A stretch of DNA of 64,000 bases from Candidatus Sungiibacteriota bacterium (GCA_016432465.1 CP066690.1:786724-850723), one strand, 5' to 3'. Shown: positions 1 through 9,485, counted from the stretch's first letter. Notes: generated from the letters alone by a model not told the origin. Numbers and translations are program-made.

Positions 1-670
1 TAAAGAGAAAAACATCGTTATATTGCGGGTAAAGCACTTGACGCGCTTCAGTCTGGTTGCCCCTGCGGATACTACTCCTCCTGCTCCTCCAACCAAAGCC
101 GTAGCTTCTGCTCTGGGAGAAGGAAAGGTGAAAGTAAGCTGGCAGAATCCCGTTTCCGATTTTGCTTACGCCAAAGTATACCGGAGCGACAAACTGGGCG
201 AGCTTGGCAAGCTCGTTGCGCCGCAGCTGAAAGGCAGTCAATATATTGACGGTTCAATAGCCGATGGCGTGACTTACTACTATGCCGTACGCTCGGTTGA
301 TCCGGCAGGGAATGAATCCAATAACCAAGATCAGGTAAATGTTAAGGCCATAGGGACGTCAGCCCAAGTGTCAGCGCCCGTAAAGCCGGCTTCCGCCGCA
401 GTATCGGTAAAAAAAGGCGGACTCTCGCGAAACCTAAGTCAGGGTGCAAAGGGTGATGATGTAAAAACACTGCAGGAATTGTTAATCAAAGAAGGATTTT
501 TGTCCGCGGGTTCCTCAACCGGATTCTTTGGTAACCTGACTAAACAAGCGGTAATACGTTTTCAGGAAAAATACGCCTCCGAAGTTCTTACTCCGGTAGG
601 ACTTACCAAGGGTTCAGGATTTGTAGGAACAGGAACGCGAAAGAAAATCAACGAGCTGCTTGCAAAATAA
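1..670 (+). CDS. Secreted/surface protein, C-terminal part: fibronectin type III-like domain plus peptidoglycan-binding domain (probably starts upstream of the window)
   Basis: FN3-like 'VKVSWQNP...YAKVYRS...TYYYAVRSVDPAGNES'; PG_binding_1-like 'LSQGAKGDDVKTLQELL...TGFFGNLTKQAVIRFQEKY...GFVGTGTRKKIN'. Confidence 0.8.
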   Translation, partial: KEKNIVILRVKHLTRFSLVAPADTTPPAPPTKAVASALGEGKVKVSWQNPVSDFAYAKVYRSDKLGELGKLVAPQLKGSQYIDGSIADGVTYYYAVRSVDPAGNESNNQDQVNVKAIGTSAQVSAPVKPASAAVSVKKGGLSRNLSQGAKGDDVKTLQELLIKEGFLSAGSSTGFFGNLTKQAVIRFQEKYASEVLTPVGLTKGSGFVGTGTRKKINELLAK

Positions 671-706
671 ACAAAATCCCCGCCGAACGGCGGGGATTTT
701 GTTTAT
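667..706. terminator. Bidirectional intrinsic terminator between convergent genes
   Basis: Perfect inverted repeat ATAAACAAAATCCCCGCCG-AA-CGGCGGGGATTTTGTTTAT. Confidence 0.8.
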
Positions 707-734
707 AAAGAGTTTGGAGATGACCCCAAAGAAA

Positions 735-1448
735 TTAGGCAGCAACGTTTCCCCACAAAGTTATAAAGATGGATTTCATCATGGTGGCGTAAGGACGATC
801 GGTAATAAGCATACCCCGCACTGGTTTCTCAAACGGAATAATACCCACCGAATTACCAAAGATAAAAACATAACCCGGAAAGTTGAAGGATTCGGGAAGG
901 ATTCTGTTTTCGTGCAGCTTAATGCCGGAGTCGCTTTTCTCGTCATCAGGAAAACGGAGAGAATTGAGAAAAATACCCCTTTCTCGTCTTCGTTCCCCAA
1001 AACCATATTTTCCACCGATAAGCTCCAGCAGTTTTTTAGTTGATCCGATTGATTGTATCAGCTTTTCTTTAGACCTTAGGGCTTCTTCGGTCATGCTTCT
1101 TACTGCATCCTGTCCTTCAAAAAAGCGGATGTGGGGAGTGGTGGGAAGTCTGCGCAGTTCTTTCTCCAGTTCCGGTATTAGTCTTTCTGCTAAAATGGCT
1201 TGACGTTCAAAAAAGGTTTTAAGCTTGGTCGGGTGTTCAGCCACAAATCGTCTTACCCCTCGCTCTTGGTAGGAACTCACCAGCCCCATAGAAATCAAAT
1301 TCTCCAGGATATGATAGGCGCTGGTCCGTTTAATTCCGGCTCTACGCGCAATATGGCCGGCCGGAGCGTCAGCCAAACTCAAGAGGGCCCTGTACAGAGC
1401 TTCTGTTTTTTTATCTAAACCAAGAGGTTGCAATAGTATTTTTCGCAT
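735..1448 (-). CDS. TrmB-family transcriptional regulator
   Basis: N-terminal wHTH 'LGLDKKTEALYRALL...IARRAGIKRTSAYHILENLISMGLVS', followed by 'IRFFEGQDAV' typical of CPR TrmB-like proteins. Confidence 0.8.
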   Translation of the reverse strand: MRKILLQPLGLDKKTEALYRALLSLADAPAGHIARRAGIKRTSAYHILENLISMGLVSSYQERGVRRFVAEHPTKLKTFFERQAILAERLIPELEKELRRLPTTPHIRFFEGQDAVRSMTEEALRSKEKLIQSIGSTKKLLELIGGKYGFGERRRERGIFLNSLRFPDDEKSDSGIKLHENRILPESFNFPGYVFIFGNSVGIIPFEKPVRGMLITDRPYATMMKSIFITLWGNVAA

Positions 1449-1638
1449 AAGTGACGATTACTTTCGTCAACTCTATCTTAGCACACCCCACCAGAAATTA
1501 CAAGCATCTAAGCCAAATTATAGAGGAAAGGTTTTTGTCAGGCATATTATGCCCTGATTTTATGACAATATTATGTCAATAATATACAGTGAAGGTGCGG
1601 AATGGTTCCGTGGCTGTTCTTTGAGAAAGGAGATCAAG

Positions 1639-2022
1639 ATGGCGGAGAACAAGGTTTATAGAGTAGTGTGTCAGAAGTGGCTGGAATCTGAACGAGGTTG
1701 GGGTACACGTCCTGATGGGTACTCACTGCATCTCACCGATAAGGAAAGAGAGCAATTTATTAAGGAATATTGGGATCGGATGCCTGATCAGGCCCCTGAC
1801 GAGTATTCTCGAGATGACGGTGATCCGTATGTGTGTGAGGTAAGCGAAGCAATTTTTAAGAAAATTAAGGAAAGTAGGAACGGAATCCGTTGTTGGGGGA
1901 CAGCCCCTTATCCGGGGGGAACTGATGGGTGGATCCCGCTTCCGTCTACATCTACAAAATTAGATCGGGCCACAATAGAAGATCTTAATAAAAAAACAAC
2001 CGGCCGTCATGGTCTAAAATAA
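1639..2022 (+). CDS. Hypothetical protein (phage-like small protein)
   Basis: ORF 1573..2022; AAGGAG RBS before ATG 1639; W/D-rich core 'WLESERGWGTRPDGYSLH'. Confidence 0.65.
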   Translation: MAENKVYRVVCQKWLESERGWGTRPDGYSLHLTDKEREQFIKEYWDRMPDQAPDEYSRDDGDPYVCEVSEAIFKKIKESRNGIRCWGTAPYPGGTDGWIPLPSTSTKLDRATIEDLNKKTTGRHGLK

Positions 2023-2027
2023 GCGGG

Positions 2028-2333
2028 TTGCCAGTGGAGAACTACAAAGTTATATATTACGACAAACCCATCAGTGAAGGACGGTTTGGTCGTATAATAG
2101 AAGGTGAAAAGTTAAGCGTACCCTTTAAGGCATCCGATTTCAACTATCTGGCAAAGGCAGCTGAAATATTAGCTGAAATAGCAACTAGAAAGAAAATTCA
2201 CTTCCATGATGTGTTGGTAGAAGAAGATGGTGAATATCCTCATGGTCGTGGATGGTCTGGATTAGTTGACGTGGGCACGCAGGATGCAATTAACGTACTA
2301 TTGAAGAAGATTTCTGCTTTAGCTATCAGTTGA
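2028..2333 (+). CDS. Hypothetical protein
   Basis: 101-aa ORF tightly packed between co-oriented genes. Confidence 0.5.
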   Translation: MPVENYKVIYYDKPISEGRFGRIIEGEKLSVPFKASDFNYLAKAAEILAEIATRKKIHFHDVLVEEDGEYPHGRGWSGLVDVGTQDAINVLLKKISALAIS

Positions 2334-2368
2334 CCCCGCTAGAGACTACTTAAAAACGGAGGTAAACA

Positions 2369-2959
2369 GTGAATCGTCACGAATTTTTCCAGAAACTCAA
2401 TGGTGTGGTTAAGCAGCAGGATGACGGCACTAAAATTTCTTGGGCCTACTGGTTGGCTAAATCTACACATCGTACACAATTGCGTATTAACGGTGAAAGA
2501 TATTTTGAACATTGCCGTAGGGTAGCCTTAAACCTTGTGCATTATGGGCCAACGGACGCGGATGAAATTATAACGGCACTTTTGCACGATTGTCTGGAGG
2601 ATGGATTTTTACCGCAGGATTTCATCAAAGCTCTTTTTGGAGACTTTATCGCTAAAGGCGTGGAGGTCTTGAGTAAGTATCGGCCCAGGTTCAATGGAGC
2701 AGGTATAATTACAGAAAAAATAAGAATAAGCGACGATGATTATTACCGGGATATTTCCTGCGCTCCGTCTTGGATACGACGAATCAAACTTGCTGACCGT
2801 CTGGATAACATAAGAGATTTGGGGGTTCGTACTCCGGAACGACGACAACAATACATCCAAGAAACGAAAACATATCTCATGCCTCTGGCGCGTATAACTG
2901 ATGAGCGATTCCTTAAGGCACTGGAAGAACGCTGTGAAATTCATGCCGGTAAAGTTTAA
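2369..2959 (+). CDS. Stand-alone RelA/SpoT-type HD hydrolase (small alarmone hydrolase / MESH1-like)
   Basis: 'AKSTHRTQLRINGERYFEH', 'ALLHDCLED', 'IKLADRLDNIRDL' motifs; GGAGG RBS; no synthetase domain. Confidence 0.85.
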   Translation: MNRHEFFQKLNGVVKQQDDGTKISWAYWLAKSTHRTQLRINGERYFEHCRRVALNLVHYGPTDADEIITALLHDCLEDGFLPQDFIKALFGDFIAKGVEVLSKYRPRFNGAGIITEKIRISDDDYYRDISCAPSWIRRIKLADRLDNIRDLGVRTPERRQQYIQETKTYLMPLARITDERFLKALEERCEIHAGKV

Positions 2960-3113
2960 GGGGCTATTCTGCTTGAGCAGCCCCTTTTTGATTCATAAAT
3001 TTTTGCTTGACTTTTCATGTTGGTTATGCTATCATATAATTAAAGTTCGGGGATACGGCATAGTGCCGTTTTCCTTTTGAAATCAAACATAAGAGAAAGA
3101 AAGGAGTAAGACA

Positions 3114-4259
3114 GTGGAATTCAAGTATCCCACATCAAGGCAGTTCCCCTTTGACGAGGTGTGCGAGAAGATCGTGCACGCTCTCGAGGTGAGAAACTGG
3201 AAAGTTCCGGGCATCAAGATTGAGTTCAACCAGTGGGGGACCGGCGAGGAGAAGTATCGCTTCGTATCAGTGATCGAAGGAGCGAACTTCCAACTCCAGT
3301 TCAGTCTCATCAGAATCGAGAGCGTTTCCCAGATCAACATTCCGGGGATGGAGCTCAACGTCTATTCCGACGAATCAGGTCCTGGCTTCTATCTCTACGT
3401 CGGCGACGACTGGAATCGTGATCGTAAGATGTTCGAGCTGGGCAGCAAGTGCAACAGTAAGCTAAGGGGTGAGCCGCGGATTTACCTTAGGTATGAAGGT
3501 ATCTGTCATTGCGATAACACGATGAACCTCCCGCAGAGCCTCCCGCACCTTCATCGGGGCAAGCGGTCACCACTGCTCAGGCACACGAACGACCTGGATC
3601 GTGAGTACGATCCGGTCGGTCACGAACCGAAGGAGTTCGTGACAAGCGAGATTTTTACCAAGTTCACCGACTGGCTTTCGGAAAATGTGCTTCGAGTCAT
3701 CGAAGTGCAACCTCTGCCCGAGAGACGGATCGACATCTTCCACGAGGAAGTGATTCCGTTTCCGGTTTCGATCGGCCCGCTCTTCACGTTCGGAACACTG
3801 GACGAGGTTGAGCGGATCACACAGGGCAAGCAGGATCCAAGCAAGCTCGAGCCAAGGCGCCGTTACGGGCTCCGGGGAAATGAGTTCGGAGTGGGAGAAG
3901 TGACGCAACACACTCCGATCGATGCCCTGCGGATTCCGGGGTATTACCGGCGCACTGGCAGTTTTTCGTACAACGAGGAGTTCGTGATCCGTGTGGCGCC
4001 GAGGTCAGCCAATCATATCTTCGTCGTTGATCACGGAGCTTTCGAGAGAGCGGCGGAGAAAACCCTTTCTCGGCATCACAGGGGGTATTGGGTGACAGAC
4101 AAGGATTTGGACGGGTGGAGGCAGGCCAAGCAGCACACGCGAATCCCGATCGCACAGTATGACGGCAAGTTCAAGCAGCCGGTCGTCCTGATCGATCGGG
4201 AACTCTCCTTCGACGAGGTCGAGGTCGTGAGCGGTCCCCACAAGGATCGTTCCGCCTGA
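3114..4259 (+). CDS. Hypothetical protein (GC-rich, probably horizontally acquired)
   Basis: 381-aa ORF with AAGGAG RBS, upstream TTGACT...TATCAT promoter-like signals and a downstream hairpin/T-tract; codons end mostly in G/C, unlike neighbours. Confidence 0.75.
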   Translation: MEFKYPTSRQFPFDEVCEKIVHALEVRNWKVPGIKIEFNQWGTGEEKYRFVSVIEGANFQLQFSLIRIESVSQINIPGMELNVYSDESGPGFYLYVGDDWNRDRKMFELGSKCNSKLRGEPRIYLRYEGICHCDNTMNLPQSLPHLHRGKRSPLLRHTNDLDREYDPVGHEPKEFVTSEIFTKFTDWLSENVLRVIEVQPLPERRIDIFHEEVIPFPVSIGPLFTFGTLDEVERITQGKQDPSKLEPRRRYGLRGNEFGVGEVTQHTPIDALRIPGYYRRTGSFSYNEEFVIRVAPRSANHIFVVDHGAFERAAEKTLSRHHRGYWVTDKDLDGWRQAKQHTRIPIAQYDGKFKQPVVLIDRELSFDEVEVVSGPHKDRSA

Positions 4260-4341
4260 TCCCCAAGTAGTACAAAGGGGGTGTGCGTGAGGCAACTTGC
4301 GTACACCCTGTTTTTTTCGGCGCAACGAACTTTACTATTTA

Positions 4342-4445
4342 TCCCCCCACCCTCCCAGAATACCCCGCAGCTTGCTGCGGGGATGAATGGGCGCCGTAGA
4401 AATCCTTCCCGCGGGGTCCACTACCCCGCTGGGAAGGTGGGGGGA
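4342..4445 (-). mobile_element. 104-bp MITE-like element (TIR TCCCCCCACCYTCCCAG), copy 1
   Basis: Terminal inverted repeats flanked by TTTA on both sides (4338-4341, 4446-4449); reverse-orientation homolog of 5821-5924. Confidence 0.8.
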
Positions 4446-4475
4446 TTTATTCAAACCTTTAAGTGTGCTATAGTA

Positions 4476-4496
4476 ATAGTGTATACAATACACTAT
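4476..4496. promoter_or_regulatory. Predicted NrtR operator upstream of nadD-nrtR-nadE
   Basis: ATAGTGT-ATACAAT-ACACTAT, a 21-bp palindrome with the GT-N7-AC core known for NrtR sites; overlaps promoter-like elements. Confidence 0.8.
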
Positions 4497-4523
4497 ATTT
4501 GCGTTATACTATTAAATACCAAC

Positions 4524-5108
4524 ATGAAGATTGGAATTTTGGGCGGGACGTTTGACCCGCCTCATAAGGGCCATAAATTAGTCGCGGGAATAGTTAAAAA
4601 AGAACTGGGGCTAGACCGGATTATTTTTATTCCCACCAAAGATCCGCCCCATAAAGTAAGGCCCAAAGTATCGCCGCAACATCGCTTTTTTCTGACCCGT
4701 CTTTTGGTAAGGGGTAAAAAGGGGTTCCTTGTTTCTGACTTGGAATTTAAACGTCCCGGGAAATCGTATACCGCCGACACCGTTCAGGAGCTTAGAAAAC
4801 TCTACCCCCAAGATAAGCTTTTTTGGATTATTGGCGCCGACGCCCTGCTTTATATGCCGCGCGGCTGGAAAGAGGGCTACAAGATTTTAGATAAGTGCCA
4901 ATTTGTAGTAGTAGTAAGGCCCGGCTATTCTTTGAAAAGCGTGCCCGGCCGCATCCTTCAGAAAGTTATTATTGTAAAAAATAGGGCGCGAGACGATATT
5001 TCAAGTACCGAGATACGCAGATACCTTAAGAGTGGGAAGAGTATTAAGGGTCTTCTCACGCCCCAACAAGAAATTTATATAAAACGTAAGCATCTGTATA
5101 AAACATGA
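4524..5108 (+). CDS. nadD: Nicotinate-nucleotide adenylyltransferase
   Basis: 'MKIGILGGTFDPPHKGH', 'PPHK', 'SYTADT', 'IIGAD', 'ISSTEIR'; start placed at ATG 4524 because the upstream ORF extension is repeat-derived. Confidence 0.95.
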   Translation: MKIGILGGTFDPPHKGHKLVAGIVKKELGLDRIIFIPTKDPPHKVRPKVSPQHRFFLTRLLVRGKKGFLVSDLEFKRPGKSYTADTVQELRKLYPQDKLFWIIGADALLYMPRGWKEGYKILDKCQFVVVVRPGYSLKSVPGRILQKVIIVKNRARDDISSTEIRRYLKSGKSIKGLLTPQQEIYIKRKHLYKT

Positions 5109-5788
5109 TAAAACGACAATTTCTCAAAAAATTTGAAAAACCCATGATGACAGTTGATGTTGTCTTTTTTACTATTGATCAAAATAAGTTAAAAGTTCTT
5201 CTCGTAAAAAGGAAATACGATCCCTATGGGGGTTTCTGGGCCCTGCCCGGGGGGTTTATTAGAAAAAACGAAGAGATGTATGAAGCGGCCGCAAGAGAGT
5301 TAAAAGAGGAAACAGGGGTGCGTGGAGTGTATTTGGAGCAGCTTTATACCCTTGGAGCTTTAGGCCGTGATCCTCGGGGCCGGGTGGTTACCGTGGCCTA
5401 TTTTGCGCTGGCACCGCGCCCGACTAAGAAACTTAAGCCCTCTTATGATGCGGCAGAAGCCGGATGGTTTTTGGTGGACAAATTGCCGAGGCTCGCCTTT
5501 GATCATAAGAAAATTATTGTTTATGCTTTGAGACGGGTGCGTAATAAAATTCAATATACCAATGCGGCTTGGAGTTTGCTTCCCGCAACTTTTAGTCTGG
5601 GTGAGGGTCAAAAAGTTTACGAAAGTATCTTGGGCCACCGGCTGGATAAAAGAAATTTTCGCAAAAAGTTTCTATCCCTCGGATTGCTGCAAAAAATATC
5701 TAAGGTTCGCCGCGGGCTTCGTCAGCGTCCGGCCCAACTATATAAATTTAAAACAAAAAAATACGTGGAACTTAAAAGGTTTTTCTAA
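5105..5788 (+). CDS. nrtR: Nudix-related transcriptional regulator NrtR
   Basis: Nudix 'WALPGGF...AAARELKEETG', 'LEQLYT..GRDPRGRVVTVAY', 'LAFDH', C-terminal wHTH 'YESILGHRLDKRNFRKK...RPAQLY'. Confidence 0.92.
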   Translation: MIKRQFLKKFEKPMMTVDVVFFTIDQNKLKVLLVKRKYDPYGGFWALPGGFIRKNEEMYEAAARELKEETGVRGVYLEQLYTLGALGRDPRGRVVTVAYFALAPRPTKKLKPSYDAAEAGWFLVDKLPRLAFDHKKIIVYALRRVRNKIQYTNAAWSLLPATFSLGEGQKVYESILGHRLDKRNFRKKFLSLGLLQKISKVRRGLRQRPAQLYKFKTKKYVELKRFF

Positions 5789-5802
5789 CCCTCAATATAA
5801 AT

Positions 5803-7860
5803 ATGGCAGTCAAAAATAAATCCCCCCACCTTCCCAGTGGGGTAGTGGACCCCGCGGGAAGGATTTCTACGGCGTCTATTCATCCTCGCAGCAAGCTACG
5901 GGGTATTCTAGGAAGGTGGGGGGATAAACAATATCTTGGGTTTTTGCGCCTAGCAGCAGCGTCACCTCCTCTTAGAATTGGTGACGTAGACTATAATGTT
6001 AAAAAAATTTTGGAATTTGCCAAACGCGCTGATAAAGAGTCGGTTGATATCCTCGTATTTCCCGAGCTTTCCATTACTGCCTATACTGCGTCGGATTTAT
6101 TCTTTAACCGCACACTTCTTGCGCAGGCCCTTAACGGCCTTGCTAGAATTCGTCTGGCTTCCCGCGCTCTGGGCAGCGTACTTGTTGTGGGCGTTCCTAT
6201 TGCGCAGGAAGGAAAGCTTTTTAACACCGCGGCCGTGGTTTTTAAAGGAAAAGTTTATGGTCTCGTTCCGAAAACCTACGTTCCCGGATACAAAGAGTTT
6301 TATGAAGAGCGCTGGTTTGCTTCGGCCCGGGATTTGGTAGTCAAAGAAATTATGCTGGGTGGCCAGATGATTCCCTTTGGCACTGATATTTTGTTTCGTA
6401 TGCCCAAAATTTCCGGCGCGGTTCTGGGCGTGGAAATCTGCGAAGATCTTTGGATGCCTATGCCTCCCAGCTCTTTTCAGGTCCTCCGCGGCGCAACTAT
6501 TATTGCCAATCTTTCTGCATCCAACGATTTGGTGGGAAAGGCGGACTATCGCAGAGCGCTTGTTACCCAGCAGTCTGCCCGTGGAGTTTGTGCCTATGTT
6601 TATAGTTCCTGCGGCGTGCATGAATCAACTACGGATGTTGTTTTTGGGGGACATGCCTTGATTGCCGAAAACGGTGCGCTTCTTGCCGAGTCCAAACGAT
6701 TTATAAGAGAGGGCGAGATGACCCTCGCCGATATTGATGTAGAACATATGCTAGTGGATCGCGAACGCATGACGAGTTTCGGCGAATCAATACACGAGTC
6801 GCCGCAAAAAGAATTTCGTATAATTGATATTCCTTTACCAATACCTTTTCATCCGATTCCCAGACGTTTTATTGACCCTAATCCCTTTGTTCCTTCCAAT
6901 CCGGAGGAACGAGACCTTCGCGCCAAAGAAATTTTCTCCATTCAGGTGGCGGGGCTGGCCAAGCGTCTGGAGGCGGCCAAAATAAATAAAATGATTTTGG
7001 GTCTTTCTGGGGGACTGGATTCTACTTTGGCGCTGCTTGTAGCAGTTAAGACAGCCGAAACCCTTAACCTGCCTCATAAAAATATTTTTACCTATACCAT
7101 GCCCGGATTCGGAACTTCGCATCGTACTAAAAATAATGCTGTAAAACTGGCTCGGGCTTTAGGGGTAAACATAGAAACTATTGATATAATCAAAGGCGTA
7201 CTTCAGCAGTTCAAAGACATTAAACATAGTCCTAACGAAGAGAATACTGTCTTTGAAAATGCGCAGGCAAGATACCGCACCTATACTCTTATGGATAAGG
7301 CCAATCAAATTCATGGCTTGGTGATTGGCACCGGCGATCTTTCGGAAATTGCTCTGGGCTGGAATACTTACACCGGAGATCATATTGCGCATTACAACGT
7401 AAACTGCAGTGTACCTAAAACTTTGGTAAGATATCTGGTGCAATGGGCGGCTGAAACCCAAGTGGATAAAAAAACGCGGCGCATTCTTGAGGATATTTTG
7501 GCCACACCCATCTCACCCGAGCTTAGGAAAAATCATAAACCCGGCGAAATTTCTCATCGGACCGAAAAGCTTATCGGGCCTTACGAGTTGCATGACTTTT
7601 TCCTGTATCACTTTATCCGTTGGGTCTCTTCTCCTAAAAAGATTCTTTTCTTGGCGGAGCACTCATGGGGCAAAAAATACAAAACCCCAGAACTTAAAAA
7701 ATGGCTTAAGGTATTTTTGCAAAGATTTTTTGGCTCTCAATGGAAAAGGTCTGTGGCCACTGACGGCCCCAAGGTTGGATCGGTTTCTCTCTCTCCCCGC
7801 GGGGACTGGCGAATGCCGTCCGATGCCGAGGTTAAAATGTGGAGTGAGGAATTAAAATGA
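5803..7860 (+). CDS. nadE: Glutamine-dependent NAD+ synthetase, with a 36-aa repeat-derived N-terminal insert
   Basis: Nitrilase domain 'FPELS', 'VPKTYVPGYKEFYEERWF', 'EICEDLW'; synthetase 'GLSGGLDSTLAL', 'ENAQARYRT', 'GTGDLSE', 'QWKRS'. Confidence 0.97.
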   Translation: MAVKNKSPHLPSGVVDPAGRISTASIHPRSKLRGILGRWGDKQYLGFLRLAAASPPLRIGDVDYNVKKILEFAKRADKESVDILVFPELSITAYTASDLFFNRTLLAQALNGLARIRLASRALGSVLVVGVPIAQEGKLFNTAAVVFKGKVYGLVPKTYVPGYKEFYEERWFASARDLVVKEIMLGGQMIPFGTDILFRMPKISGAVLGVEICEDLWMPMPPSSFQVLRGATIIANLSASNDLVGKADYRRALVTQQSARGVCAYVYSSCGVHESTTDVVFGGHALIAENGALLAESKRFIREGEMTLADIDVEHMLVDRERMTSFGESIHESPQKEFRIIDIPLPIPFHPIPRRFIDPNPFVPSNPEERDLRAKEIFSIQVAGLAKRLEAAKINKMILGLSGGLDSTLALLVAVKTAETLNLPHKNIFTYTMPGFGTSHRTKNNAVKLARALGVNIETIDIIKGVLQQFKDIKHSPNEENTVFENAQARYRTYTLMDKANQIHGLVIGTGDLSEIALGWNTYTGDHIAHYNVNCSVPKTLVRYLVQWAAETQVDKKTRRILEDILATPISPELRKNHKPGEISHRTEKLIGPYELHDFFLYHFIRWVSSPKKILFLAEHSWGKKYKTPELKKWLKVFLQRFFGSQWKRSVATDGPKVGSVSLSPRGDWRMPSDAEVKMWSEELK
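5821..5924 (+). mobile_element. 104-bp MITE-like element, copy 2, inserted in frame in nadE
   Basis: TAAA duplicated on both sides; 104+4=108 bp = 36 codons; removal restores MAVKNKQYLGFLRLAAASP. Confidence 0.85.
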
Positions 7861-8236
7861 TACCCGAAGCAGAGCCTAAAGAATTTAAAAAGTGGAGCCC
7901 CACGCGCAGAGCGCGTGGCACCCTGTGTTGCGGGGTTCCTCCCACGCTCGCGCGTGGGGCGGAACCCCGCACCGAGGGTCATTTCATCCACGGGAAGTAA
8001 GACTTCCCACGGGCAAAGCCCGTGGCCCTCTGGTGCGCGGGTAGCTATGGGGTGGCCACCCGCCGGAGGATTTATATGATGACGACTACAATACTGCTAA
8101 GAAAGCTTTAAGATATTTAGTGGAGTCAATAAACAGGAATTTTAAGGCTGCTTTATCTTTGGAAGAAATAGTCAAGCTATATCAAAAGTCCTATGAAGAT
8201 GTTTTGAGTAAAAAAAGACAGCGTAGGACAAGGTGA
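7857..8236 (+). pseudogene. Small ORF coupled to nadE (ATGA overlap), interrupted by a palindromic repeat element
   Basis: MIPEAEPKEFKK | hairpin-rich insert 7893-8044 | LWGGHPPEDLYDDDY...RRTR*. Confidence 0.5.
7893..8044. repeat. Multi-hairpin REP/IS200-IS605-end-like element
   Basis: Hairpins CCACGCGC-AGA-GCGCGTGG, TGCGGGGTTCC...GGAACCCCGCA and CCACGGGC-AAA-GCCCGTGG; related to 59737-59832. Confidence 0.6.
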
Positions 8237-8317
8237 TTAAATTTTATACCTGCTCGGTTAGGTGGTCTTCTCATCTTAATCATAACAACAGGCGGCCTTA
8301 AGGCCGCCTTGCTGGGT

Positions 8318-8590
8318 TTACTGGGCTTTGGTTTTTGCTTCTTGTTTTGCCCGGGCTCGGGCCAAAGCTATAGGAAGGAAGTATTTTTGCCAAATATTAT
8401 TGGCAACATTTAGCAGTGTCGCGCCTACCATCCAACAGCCAAAATATAATCCTATTCCAAATACTACTCCCTTAGAATTCCCACTCTCGAAATATCCATC
8501 CGGCCCAATAACTCCTAAAAGGTAAAATAGGTTCCACGCCAGAGGTGTAAGCATAAAAACAGTTCCCAAAAGCGCATAAAAAATATACAT
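8318..8590 (-). CDS. Small membrane protein (2 predicted TM helices)
   Basis: 90-aa hydrophobic ORF with AAAGGAGAG RBS. Confidence 0.6.
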   Translation of the reverse strand: MYIFYALLGTVFMLTPLAWNLFYLLGVIGPDGYFESGNSKGVVFGIGLYFGCWMVGATLLNVANNIWQKYFLPIALARARAKQEAKTKAQ

Positions 8591-8681
8591 TTTCTCTCCT
8601 TTCGGGTCGGCCCTAGGTTACCCTAAGCCAGCCACCTTTTCTATTATAGAATTTATAATGATATACGTCAAGTACAAAAGC

Positions 8682-8710
8682 TTGACAATTACGCTAGAGT
8701 TTGTTATTCT
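8682..8710 (+). promoter_or_regulatory. sigma70-type promoter of pncA
   Basis: TTGACA-17 bp-TATTCT with extended TGn. Confidence 0.6.
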
Positions 8711-8742
8711 TTATAGAGGGCCTACAAAGGGAGGCTAGAACA

Positions 8743-9336
8743 ATGTCTAAAGATGCGCTGATTATTGTTGATGTTCAGAACGATTTTTGTCTGGGTGGAT
8801 CCTTGCCTGTGCCGAACGGCGATAAAGTGGTAGAGCCGTTGAACAGAATGATTGGTAAGGCGGCAAAAAAAGATGGAGGGCTTATAATCGCTTCGCGCGA
8901 TTGGCATCCAAGAGAAACAAACCATTTTGCCGAGTTTGGGGGACGCTGGCCCGTACATTGCGTACAGGGAACCAAGGGTGCTGAATTTCACCCCGGACTT
9001 TTACTGCCAGCCGACAAAGCCATTATAGTTTCCAAGGGCATGGCAAAAGATGAAGATGCCTACTCTGCTTTTCAGGGTTCCGCAGTGCTTACGACCGCAG
9101 ATGATATAACTACTGTAACTATGTATTTGCGCGATATTCTGGGCGGCTGCGGGGTTGATACTCTTTATATCGGGGGTCTAGCCACTGATTATTGTGTAAA
9201 AGCAACTGCGCTTGATGCGCGCAGATTCGGATACGAAGTATATTTGCTGATTGATGCTTGCCGGGGGGTGGCCGCAGAAACCACCTCGGACGCCTTGATA
9301 GAAATGGCCCGGGCAGGGGTGAAGTTTATTTTATAG
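8743..9336 (+). CDS. pncA: Nicotinamidase
   Basis: 'ALIIVDVQNDFC.GGSLPV', 'SRDWHP', 'WPVHCVQGTKGAEFHP', 'KG...DAYSAF', 'GLATDYCVKATALDA'. Confidence 0.95.
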   Translation: MSKDALIIVDVQNDFCLGGSLPVPNGDKVVEPLNRMIGKAAKKDGGLIIASRDWHPRETNHFAEFGGRWPVHCVQGTKGAEFHPGLLLPADKAIIVSKGMAKDEDAYSAFQGSAVLTTADDITTVTMYLRDILGGCGVDTLYIGGLATDYCVKATALDARRFGYEVYLLIDACRGVAAETTSDALIEMARAGVKFIL

Positions 9337-9485
9337 ATGACATCATAATTAAGTTTTTGGAGCCGCCTGTTGGCGGCCTTTAGATTATACATTTTAGATC
9401 GTTAGATTTGCCTTTAAAACATAAATCTTGTATAATAAATTTAGAGTTTCCAAGGGGTCTTTGACTGCCAGCGGAGGATACAACA

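Noticed and set aside
4281-4523. 81-aa N-terminal extension of NadD in the ORF track
   Set aside because: It runs through a terminator, the MITE and the operator; the family start MKIGILGG is at 4524.
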